Assembly: GCA_037439565.1 (NCBI GenBank)
Contig: JBBIVT010000003.1
Span: 41,583-100,286 of the forward strand
Reading direction: 5' to 3'
Source of the DNA: Acidobacteriota bacterium
GTDB taxonomy: Bacteria > Acidobacteriota > Terriglobia > Bryobacterales > Bryobacteraceae
DNA length: 58,704 nt
Positions 27,844 to 35,875 of the stretch are shown piece by piece (position 1 is the stretch's first letter; the number at the start of each line of letters is the position of its first letter). Made by a program: the position numbers and the translations under genes. Below the pieces are notes generated by a model that was given only the letters and a program-made list of their open reading frames with translations, made no database searches and was not told the origin of the DNA.

Positions 27844-28911
27844 ATGCGTGCGCCGCTCTCCGCGAGCCCTTCAAATCTGGAGTCGATTCCGGATGTGCCG
27901 GCGGTCTTTTTACTGTGGGCCGGGGAGGGGAAGCCCTATCTGGCGCGAACGGCGCTGCTGCGGCGCCGCCTCAAGCGCCTGATTTCGGATCGCGACCGCG
28001 TGTCCAGGCTGCTGAACCTGCGCGGAATCGCGGAGCGGATCGACTACTGGCCCGTCGGCTCGCGCCTGGAGTCGTCGCTGCTTCACCTGGAACTGGCGCA
28101 GAAATATTTCCCCGGGGATTGGGAGAGAATCACCAGACTGCGCCCTCCGGCGTTCGTCCGGCTGACGGTGGAAAATCCATTTCCACGCACGATGATCACC
28201 ACGCGGCTGGGCAAGGGCGTGTTTTATGGGCCGTTTGCCAGCCGCGCCGCGGCGGAGCGGTTCGACGAAGGGATGCTCGACCTGTTTCAGATCCGCCGCT
28301 GCGAGGACAATCTGACGCCATCGCCCGGGCATCCGGGATGCATTTACGGAGAAATGGCGCGATGCCTCCGGCCGTGCCAGGACGCGGTGACGGTGGAGGA
28401 GTATCGCAGCGAATCGGCGCGTGTGGAACAGTTTCTGCGGACCAGTGGCGCGTCGCTGCGCGAGGCAGCGGAGGCGGCCCGGGACAGGGCCAGCGCGGAG
28501 ATGCAGTTCGAAGAAGCCGAACGGATGCATCTGCGCGTGGAGAAGATCGCGGCGGTGCAGGCGCTGGGCGGGGAACTGGCCAGGACCGTGGACCGGTTGT
28601 CGGGCCTGGCCGTGGTGCGCGCGCCGGTGTGCGAGGCAGTGGATCTCCTGTTTCTCCTCGGCGGGCGGTGGCAGGAGCCGGCGCGATTTTCGTTAGGGGA
28701 GGCCGGCGCGTCGATGGATCACCGGCTGCGGGACCTGGCGCGCGCGCTGCCCGCCGGAGGCCCCCCGAACCTGGAGCATCTTGCGATTTTGGCGCGCTGG
28801 CACGGCTCGAGCTGGCGCGACGGGGAGTGGCTGGGATTCGAATCCATGGAAAAGATACCGTATCGTAAATTGGTAAATGCGATTGGCCGCGTGCATGGGT
28901 TGAAAACGTGA
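27844..28911 (+). CDS. UvrC N-terminal-half-like protein (degenerate GIY-YIG plus Cys region plus UVR motif; Cho-like length)
   Basis: By-eye collinearity with the UvrC N-terminus: VPAVFLLWAGEGKPYLARTALLRRRLKRL (GIY...YIG...R region), LESSLLHLELAQKYFP, FYGPFASRAAAERFDEGMLDLFQIRRCED, GCIYGEMARCLRPCQDAVTVEEYR, and UVR-like MQFEEAERMHLRVEKI. It lacks the C-terminal EndoV/HhH half. Confidence 0.5.
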   Translation: MRAPLSASPSNLESIPDVPAVFLLWAGEGKPYLARTALLRRRLKRLISDRDRVSRLLNLRGIAERIDYWPVGSRLESSLLHLELAQKYFPGDWERITRLRPPAFVRLTVENPFPRTMITTRLGKGVFYGPFASRAAAERFDEGMLDLFQIRRCEDNLTPSPGHPGCIYGEMARCLRPCQDAVTVEEYRSESARVEQFLRTSGASLREAAEAARDRASAEMQFEEAERMHLRVEKIAAVQALGGELARTVDRLSGLAVVRAPVCEAVDLLFLLGGRWQEPARFSLGEAGASMDHRLRDLARALPAGGPPNLEHLAILARWHGSSWRDGEWLGFESMEKIPYRKLVNAIGRVHGLKT

Positions 28912-30023
28912 TCAAGTCTCTTCACGATTGGTGGCTTCCCCGGACTTGGCGGCGGGTTCACGCCTTTTGGACGCAGGGAGTTCGCCAGCAGGTGACTGGG
29001 GCCGGCATCGCATACACGGCGGCGCTGGTGGTGGTGGGCGCGGGCGCGTTTATTTCCACCAACAATCTGCTATTTCTGATTTTCGCGGCGATGCTCTCCA
29101 CGCTGCTGATTTCGGGCTTTATCAGCCGGCTGGGAATCGCGGGCCTGGAGATTAACCTTTTGGCTCCGGAGCATATTTCGGCGCGCCGCAGAGTGCGGGC
29201 CTCCATTCGCATCGGCAATGTAAAGCGCCTGATTCCCTCCTTCAGTGTCCATCTGGCGGGATCGAAAGAGAGCGGCTTCGAATCAACCCTGTATTTCCCG
29301 GTGATCCCGGGCGGGGAGAGCCTGGAGGAGCCGGTGGAACTGTACTTTCCCAAGCGCGGCACGCAGCGGGAGCGCACATTTCAATTCTCGACGCGATTCC
29401 CCTTTGGATTCGCCGAGCGCCGGGAGATGGTGACCGCTCATCACGACATCCTGGTCTATCCCTGCGTGGATCCGCAGCCGGGCTTCGCGGAGTTGCTGGC
29501 CGGCGTGCGCGGCGAAATGGAAGCGCAGCAGCGCGGCCGCGGCCACGATTTTTATCGCATCCGGCGATATGAGGCTCTGGAGAGTGCGCGTCACGTGGAT
29601 TGGCGGGCGACGGCTCACACGGGCGAACTGCAAGTGCGGGAGTTCGCGCGGGAACAGGACAATCGCGCGCTGATTTACCTGGATCTGGACGCGGATTCCG
29701 AGGAGTGGTTCGAATCGGCGGTGGATTGCGCCGCATTTTTGGCGTTTCACCTGGTGGAGCGCGGCTCTGAAGTCCGGTTCCAGACCCAGGAGTTCGACGT
29801 GCGCTCCCCGGAAGAAGGCGACATTTATACTATCCTCAAATATCTGGCTTTGGTTTCCCCGATGCGGGGAAAAACTCCGGCGGCTCCCGATGATCTTACC
29901 TGTTACCAACTCATTCTTACCGCCCATCCTCAGCGCATGGCGTCCCTTGGTTGGGGGGCGGGCGAGCAGCGCGGCGCCCGTATGCTGGGTCCCGACGCGT
30001 TCCGAGGCCCGGTAGCGTCATGA
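28908..30023 (+). CDS. DUF58 domain protein (second copy, no adjacent MoxR)
   Basis: GTGA overlap. N-terminal TM pair. Signature GRGHDFYRIRRYEALESARHVDWRATAHTGELQVREFAREQDNRALIYLDLD. Confidence 0.85.
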   Translation: MIKSLHDWWLPRTWRRVHAFWTQGVRQQVTGAGIAYTAALVVVGAGAFISTNNLLFLIFAAMLSTLLISGFISRLGIAGLEINLLAPEHISARRRVRASIRIGNVKRLIPSFSVHLAGSKESGFESTLYFPVIPGGESLEEPVELYFPKRGTQRERTFQFSTRFPFGFAERREMVTAHHDILVYPCVDPQPGFAELLAGVRGEMEAQQRGRGHDFYRIRRYEALESARHVDWRATAHTGELQVREFAREQDNRALIYLDLDADSEEWFESAVDCAAFLAFHLVERGSEVRFQTQEFDVRSPEEGDIYTILKYLALVSPMRGKTPAAPDDLTCYQLILTAHPQRMASLGWGAGEQRGARMLGPDAFRGPVAS

Positions 30024-33000
30024 GGCTTGTCATTTTTGTGATTGTTGCCGCGCAGGCGTATGCGCAGGTAGCGGCGGCGATATCCGGACGCATCGAAGAT
30101 CCAGCGGGCGCGGCGGTCAGCGGCGCGAAGGTCACCGTGACCAGCGCGGAAACGGGCGTCATCCGCGCGGCGGTCAGCGACGACACGGGCGCGTTCAATG
30201 TGCTCTCCCTTGCGCCGGGACCGTATTCGGTTCACGTGGAAAAAACTGGCTTCAAGGAGGCCGTGCGAACGGGCATCCATCTGCAGGTGGCGCAAAGCGC
30301 GGTGGTGAATTTCCACCTGGAAATCGGCGAGTTCGTGCAGCAGGTCACCGTGGCGGAGGACGTTCCGGTGGTGAACACCACCACGTCGGCGGTGTCGGGC
30401 GTGGTCGGGGAGCGGGAGGTGAAGGATCTGCCTCTGAACGGCCGCAGCTTCGACACGCTGATCGCACTGAATCCGGGCACGGTGAATTACAGCGGGATGA
30501 AAAGCGCTAATACCAGCACCAGTGACGGCAACACGTTCTCAGTAGCCGGGCGGAGAACGTCGGAGAATGTATTTCTCATCAACGGCGTCGAATACACCGG
30601 GTCGAGCCAACTCGCGATTTCGCCCGGCGGCGTGAGCGGCGAACTGCTGGGCATCGACGCGGTGCGCGAGTTCAACGTGCTGACCGACACGTATAGCGCG
30701 GAGTACGGGAAGCGCGCGGGCGCGCAGGTAAGCGTCGTCACGCAATCGGGTACGAATTCTTTGCATGGAACGCTATTCGAATTTTTGCGCAACAGCGCCC
30801 TGGATGCGCGGAATGATTTCGACCGGGGAGCGGTTCCTCCGTTCCGCCGCAATCAGTTCGGCGGCGCGCTGGGCGGTCCGCTGAAGAAGAATAAGCTGTT
30901 CCTGTTCGGCAATTATGAGGGCTTCCGGCAGGCGCTGGCATTGAGCAGCGTAAGCGTGGTCCCGGACGCGCAGGTGCGCCTGGGATTGATTCCGAACGCC
31001 GCGACCGGCGTGTATGCTCCGGTGGCGAACCTGAATCCGGCGATGCTGCCGTTTCTGTCGCTGTGGCCGCAGGCCAACGGGAAGGAATTGTTGGCCGGAG
31101 GAGTGGCGAGCGGGACGGCTCTTTCCTACAACAATCCGCGGTCCCAAATTCGCGAGGATTTCGGCACGGCGCGGGCCGATTACGCCATCAGCGCCGGGGA
31201 CGCGCTTTCGGTGGCCTACACCATCGACGACGGCAACAGCCAGATCCCGCAGGCGGACCCGTTGTTCGCCTCGGGGGAACGGCTGCGCAGCCAGGTGGCG
31301 AGCATCCGCGAAACGCACGTATTTTCGCCCAGCGTGCTGAACACCGCGACGGCAGGTTTTTCGCGCGCCGAGTTCAACCTGGATCCGGTGTCGCTGGCCG
31401 CGTTTCCGGCCAATCAGTCGTTTGTCGAGGGAGGAGGGCCGGGAGGTATCGTGGTGAACGGAGGCGTGACCACCACCGGGCTGGCGGGGATCACGGCGGC
31501 GGGTCCGAACAACGCGGCATTATCCTGGAACCGCAGAAATTTATTCACCTACACGGACGAGGTGCAGATCGCGCGGGGCATCCACCAGATCAGCCTGGGC
31601 GTGTGGGTCCAGCCGATTCGCGACAATGAGGACAGCGCGTCTCGCCAAACCGGGCAGACGACCTTCACCAGCCTGACGACCCTGTTGCAGGGCACGGTAA
31701 GTACCTTCCAGGTGATTCCGAACCCGAACGAATTGGGGTGGAGGAGCACGGAAGGAGCCTGGTACGCCGAGGATGTCATGCGGCTGCGGCCCAACCTGAC
31801 GCTGCGGCTGGGCGTGCGCGAGGAGTTTACCAACGGATGGAACGAAGTGTCGGGCAGGGCGGCGAATTACCTCACCGATGCCAGCGGCGTGCTCCAAACC
31901 AACGTCGCCATCGGCAATTCGGCGTTCACGAAAAACAACGCGACCCATCTTTTCGCGCCGCGCGTGGGGCTGGCGTGGGACCCGTTCGGCGACGGCAAGA
32001 CGGCGGTACGGGCGTCCTTCGGGATGTTCTATTCGCTGATCGACAATCTGAGTTTTCTGCTGAATTCGCTGCCGCCTTATAACGGCGCGATGCAGGTGTC
32101 GAACGCCTCGCTGCTGTCGATTATTCCGATCAAGCCGGGTGTGCAGCCCGCGCCGCAATGCAGCCCCGCGGTGCCGCAGCCGTGCACCACGTTCGCGCCG
32201 CAGGGCGTGCAGCCGGACGCCAAGACCCCGGCGGTGGAGGAGTGGAACCTGACGATTGAGCGGCAACTGGACCGCAACACCTCGGTGCGCGCGGCCTACG
32301 TCGGCTCTTTCGGCTATCACGGCTTTGTGAGCCTGGACCCGAATACGATTCCCGCGCAGGTCTGCGCCAGCGCCAGTTGCGTTTCGGGTGGCATGGGGGC
32401 TTTCAAAGGCAGCGTGGCGCAGGGCCAGCAGTACATCCCCGTGGGGACGCGGCCGAATCCCTACCTGGGCGCGGGCTTTTTCTGGTACACCGAGGGCAAC
32501 ACCAGCTACAACGCGCTGCAACTGGACGTCACCCACCGGCTGAGCCACGGCTTACAGCTTCGCGCGAATTACACCCGGTCCAAGGATCTGGACGTGAGCT
32601 CCGCGCTGACCGGGGCGCAGGCCAACAATCAGCCGCAGATGGTGCTCGACCGCAACAATCTGCGCAGGGACTGGGGGCCGTCGGCGCTGGATGTGGCGAA
32701 CCAAGCCAGCATTTCGAGCCTCTACACGCTTCCGTTCGCCCCCCGGAACCGCTTTCTGGGCGGCTGGCAGATCAACGGGATCGCGACGCTGTTGAGCGGA
32801 TTCCCGTTCACGCCGGTGATCGGCGCGAACCGTTCGGGCGACGGCGATACGCGCAATCCGGACAGGCCGTCGCTGAACCCGGCGTTCACGGGCCCGGTGG
32901 TGCTGGGGAATCCGAACCAGTGGTTCGATCCGAACGCGTTCCTGAGGCCGGCCGCGGGCACGTACGGCAATCTGGGGCGCGGGGTGTTCCGCGGGCCGGG

Positions 33001-33223
33001 ACTGGCGGAATTGGACCTTTCTCTGTTTAAGACCACAAAAGTGGCGGAAAAAGCCGACCTGGAGTTCCGGGCGGAGTTTTTCAACGCGCTGAATCACGCG
33101 AACTTCGGGACGCCGAATGGAACGGTGTTTTCTGGCACGGCGTTCAATTCGTCGGCGGGACTGATTACGAGCACCACCACGACGTCGCGGCAGATTCAGT
33201 TTGGGTTGAAATTAGTGTTTTAG
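30020..33223 (+). CDS. TonB-dependent receptor with an N-terminal carboxypeptidase-regulatory-like domain
   Basis: ATGA overlap. Signal peptide MRLVIFVIVAAQAYAQ, CarboxypepD_reg-like ISGRIEDPAGAAVSGAKVTVTS, plug region, large beta-barrel, and C-terminal ...QFGLKLVF with a terminal Phe. Confidence 0.88.
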   Translation: MRLVIFVIVAAQAYAQVAAAISGRIEDPAGAAVSGAKVTVTSAETGVIRAAVSDDTGAFNVLSLAPGPYSVHVEKTGFKEAVRTGIHLQVAQSAVVNFHLEIGEFVQQVTVAEDVPVVNTTTSAVSGVVGEREVKDLPLNGRSFDTLIALNPGTVNYSGMKSANTSTSDGNTFSVAGRRTSENVFLINGVEYTGSSQLAISPGGVSGELLGIDAVREFNVLTDTYSAEYGKRAGAQVSVVTQSGTNSLHGTLFEFLRNSALDARNDFDRGAVPPFRRNQFGGALGGPLKKNKLFLFGNYEGFRQALALSSVSVVPDAQVRLGLIPNAATGVYAPVANLNPAMLPFLSLWPQANGKELLAGGVASGTALSYNNPRSQIREDFGTARADYAISAGDALSVAYTIDDGNSQIPQADPLFASGERLRSQVASIRETHVFSPSVLNTATAGFSRAEFNLDPVSLAAFPANQSFVEGGGPGGIVVNGGVTTTGLAGITAAGPNNAALSWNRRNLFTYTDEVQIARGIHQISLGVWVQPIRDNEDSASRQTGQTTFTSLTTLLQGTVSTFQVIPNPNELGWRSTEGAWYAEDVMRLRPNLTLRLGVREEFTNGWNEVSGRAANYLTDASGVLQTNVAIGNSAFTKNNATHLFAPRVGLAWDPFGDGKTAVRASFGMFYSLIDNLSFLLNSLPPYNGAMQVSNASLLSIIPIKPGVQPAPQCSPAVPQPCTTFAPQGVQPDAKTPAVEEWNLTIERQLDRNTSVRAAYVGSFGYHGFVSLDPNTIPAQVCASASCVSGGMGAFKGSVAQGQQYIPVGTRPNPYLGAGFFWYTEGNTSYNALQLDVTHRLSHGLQLRANYTRSKDLDVSSALTGAQANNQPQMVLDRNNLRRDWGPSALDVANQASISSLYTLPFAPRNRFLGGWQINGIATLLSGFPFTPVIGANRSGDGDTRNPDRPSLNPAFTGPVVLGNPNQWFDPNAFLRPAAGTYGNLGRGVFRGPGLAELDLSLFKTTKVAEKADLEFRAEFFNALNHANFGTPNGTVFSGTAFNSSAGLITSTTTTSRQIQFGLKLVF

Positions 33224-33261
33224 CGGCGATTGTGGCCGCGCTCAAGATCGGACTTTCCGCG

Positions 33262-33513
33262 TCAGCGATACGCCTCGTTGCGATTCAGCACACGGGAGAT
33301 TTCGAAATGGTCGCCCTTATCGCGAAAAAAGACCCGATAGTCCTGCGCGCGGAGGCGAAGCAGCGGAGGCTCGAAACCGCGAAGCTGCTTGATGCTGCCC
33401 CGACCCCTCTTGACGTAGCGAGCGAGCGTCTTCAGAACCTGCATTGCGATCTGCTGATCGATAGCGCGGACGTCAGCCTTCGCCTGATCCGTCCAAACAA
33501 GCGGTTTAGCCAT
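33262..33513 (-). CDS. Type II toxin, RelE/ParE superfamily
   Basis: 83 aa. WTDQAKADVRAIDQQIAMQVLKTL...LRLRAQDYRVFFRDKGDHFEISRVLNRNEAY fits the ParE/RelE pattern. It overlaps the upstream antitoxin ORF by 8 nt. Confidence 0.8.
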   Translation of the reverse strand: MAKPLVWTDQAKADVRAIDQQIAMQVLKTLARYVKRGRGSIKQLRGFEPPLLRLRAQDYRVFFRDKGDHFEISRVLNRNEAYR

Positions 33514-33778
33514 TCACGCCAGGCGCTGGGTCAGGCTCGTTGGCCATTCTCTCCCAGTCGGCCATTGTCAGGCCGAATTCGGCTAGAACCTGCTCGTGCG
33601 GGATCGGTTCGTTGTGCTTGAGCCATTCGTCGGCTTCGGCGACAGCTTTTTGTTCAGCTTCGGATAACGTGTCGTCATCCTCTGGATCGACCATCGCTTC
33701 CAGAAGATGGACTACCGCGGCAAGCTGGCCCGGAGCCAACTGGTCGAGCAAACGATGGGCGTGCTGCTTCTCACTCAT
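33506..33778 (-). CDS. Putative cognate antitoxin
   Basis: 90-aa acidic protein directly upstream of and overlapping the toxin (LLDQLAPGQLAAVVHLLEAMVDPEDDDTLSEAE...). Assigned by position and size. I recognised no family. Confidence 0.6.
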   Translation of the reverse strand: MSEKQHAHRLLDQLAPGQLAAVVHLLEAMVDPEDDDTLSEAEQKAVAEADEWLKHNEPIPHEQVLAEFGLTMADWERMANEPDPAPGVNG

Positions 33779-33800
33779 GCCAGCTTCATTATACAGGCCG

Positions 33801-35177
33801 CTACTTCGATACCGTGAACGTCGTGAACGGATGCGAATCCAGGTCGCGCAGCTCCGGTTTTTCCCAAGCGAACTCGGGGTGCAGTTTCAAATGCTTCGCC
33901 GCCTTGAAGTCGATGCCGCAGGAGTGGCCCATGGCGGCATTGAAGGACATATTCGCCGCCATCGTGGCGTCGGCGACCTTATTCTGCACCGCGCCGGCCG
34001 TGCCATAAGAGGGCTGCCAGGGCTTCGATCCGCGTGCGGATAACTCGATGTGGCCGCACAAGGTGCGCTCGCTGGGCTCCTCTCTTCTCGCGAACGTATC
34101 GTAGTGGTCGCCCAGGAATTTCTGGCCCAGCGCGACGTCGATGCGGCCCTTATACTCGTTCAGCAGGCTGTCCCACCGGATGTGGCGCGCGTTCCCGCTG
34201 AGGCTCTTGTTGTTCAGATCCCAATCGGTTTCATCCTTGGCGAGCGCCGGGTCGATGGGATAGTTGGAGCCCGCGAAGTAGCCGTCCTTGGTTCGCCACA
34301 GGTTCACGTGCTTCAAGCCGAGTTCGAGGCTGGCAATTTCGCCGGTATTGCGGTCGGCGATCAGCCAGTCGTTGGCGTAGCCGCCGTTGTTGCCTTCCTT
34401 CATGATGCGCGCGAAGTCGTCAATCGAGCCCGCATACTGCATGGCTTTCCTGGCGCGCACGAATTCGGGGACGCCGTTGGGATCGAAGCCATGGAAATTG
34501 CTGATCGTCGTCTCCGTGATCATCATGCCGGCCGAATTGATGCCGAAGTCGTCGCCGGAGTGGATCAGGCCGGGCATACCGTCCATGAGGAAACGGTGGC
34601 CGTGTTCCGGAGTCACATCAAAGATGATGTTCCAGCGCGAGCCGGTCATGTAATCGGTCCAGTTATTGTGGGCGATGACGGGCTTGCCGTCCTTGGTAAA
34701 ACTGCCGGTGGCGACGAAGGCGCTGCAATGGTCCGCCGTGGTGCGATTGGAGGCGCTGTCGGCCCATTTGACGTAGTAGGGATCGAGCTCGAGCCATGCG
34801 TTGGTGGCCACGATGTCCCAAATGTCGAGCTTCACGCCCTTGGCGGCGAGTCCGGCGACGATGCCCGTCAGTTCCTCGCGGTATTCCGCATCCACGTGCG
34901 GCCACAATACGTTCTGGGCCGCAGTGCGGAAATATTTCCAATCCTTGGACTCGTGCGTCATCGCGAGTTTGATGGCCTTATGCGCATCGAGAATCTCCGG
35001 CGCCAGCAGATAGCCGTGCTGGAAGCCGATCTCCGAGGGCTTGCCCTCCAGGTGGACAAAAATCCAACCGGCCTGGACCGGCTTGCGGAAGGATTTGCTC
35101 AACCGGGCGTCGGCGGTGTGCGCGGGAGCGGCGACAGCCAGCGAGGCCAGAACAATCAGGAAGGCGGCACGTTTCAT
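33801..35177 (-). CDS. Secreted Ntn-hydrolase-like protein (peptidase C45 / phospholipase-B-like)
   Basis: Signal peptide MKRAAFLIVLASLAVAAPAHT. Candidate autoprocessing/nucleophile site TTADHCSAFVATGSFTKDGKPVIAHNNW, as in Cys-Ntn hydrolases. Confidence 0.5.
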   Translation of the reverse strand: MKRAAFLIVLASLAVAAPAHTADARLSKSFRKPVQAGWIFVHLEGKPSEIGFQHGYLLAPEILDAHKAIKLAMTHESKDWKYFRTAAQNVLWPHVDAEYREELTGIVAGLAAKGVKLDIWDIVATNAWLELDPYYVKWADSASNRTTADHCSAFVATGSFTKDGKPVIAHNNWTDYMTGSRWNIIFDVTPEHGHRFLMDGMPGLIHSGDDFGINSAGMMITETTISNFHGFDPNGVPEFVRARKAMQYAGSIDDFARIMKEGNNGGYANDWLIADRNTGEIASLELGLKHVNLWRTKDGYFAGSNYPIDPALAKDETDWDLNNKSLSGNARHIRWDSLLNEYKGRIDVALGQKFLGDHYDTFARREEPSERTLCGHIELSARGSKPWQPSYGTAGAVQNKVADATMAANMSFNAAMGHSCGIDFKAAKHLKLHPEFAWEKPELRDLDSHPFTTFTVSK

Positions 35178-35205
35178 TCATACAGGATAGTAAAAATGCG
35201 GCGTG

Positions 35206-35234
35206 GGGACAGACCCCCCTATACGCGATATAAT
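35206..35234 (+). promoter_or_regulatory. Candidate sigma-70-type promoter for the ECF sigma gene
   Basis: GGGACA (35206-35211), 17-nt spacer, perfect TATAAT (35229-35234). It is followed by the perfect palindrome gttccc-tgtg-gggaac (35242-35257) in the short leader before the ATG at 35273. Confidence 0.35.
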
Positions 35235-35272
35235 CCGAAACGTTCCCTGTGGGGAACACACTCTACATACGA

Positions 35273-35875
35273 ATGAGCGATACAGGCGAAGTGACGCGGC
35301 TGCTGGGCGAGGTCGGGCGCGGAAAAAAAGACGCGATGCATCAACTTCTGCCGCTGGTCTACGACGAGCTGCATCGGCTGGCGCGTTCTTATTTCCGGCG
35401 CGAGCGCGGCGAGCACACGCTCCAGCCGACGGCGCTGGTGCACGAGGCCTATATCCGCATGGTGGATCAAAAGGCGCCCATGGAGACGCGCGGGCACTTC
35501 ATGGCCGTGGCGGCGACCCAGATGCGGCGGATTCTGCTTGATTATGCGCGCAAGCATCGGGCGGAGAGGCGCGGCGGAGGCGGGCAAAAAGTCATGCTGG
35601 AAGACACGATGGCCATCGCCGAGCAAAGGCCGCTGGATATGATCGCGCTCGACGGCGCCCTGCGCCAACTTGGCGAACTGGATCCGGAGCAGGCGCAGTT
35701 GGTCGAACTGCGGTTTTTCGGTGGGCTCTCTGTTGAGGAAACTGCCGAAGTGATGGGTGTTTCGTCGGCGACCGTGAAGCGCAGTTGGAGTTCTGCGCGG
35801 GCGTTTCTGCATCGCCAGATGACGGGAGGCGCGAGTGACGCCGGAGCGATGGGCGCAAGTCCGGCAGACGTTTGA
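35273..35875 (+). CDS. ECF-type sigma-70 family sigma factor (kinase-associated ECF group)
   Basis: EVTRLLGEVGRGKKDAMHQLLPLVYDELHRLARSYFRRE...LQPTALVHEAY (region 2) and ELRFFGGLSVEETAEVMGVSSATVKRSW (region 4). The N-terminal TxLL...G motif is typical of ECF sigmas found next to Ser/Thr kinases. Confidence 0.88.
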   Translation: MSDTGEVTRLLGEVGRGKKDAMHQLLPLVYDELHRLARSYFRRERGEHTLQPTALVHEAYIRMVDQKAPMETRGHFMAVAATQMRRILLDYARKHRAERRGGGGQKVMLEDTMAIAEQRPLDMIALDGALRQLGELDPEQAQLVELRFFGGLSVEETAEVMGVSSATVKRSWSSARAFLHRQMTGGASDAGAMGASPADV

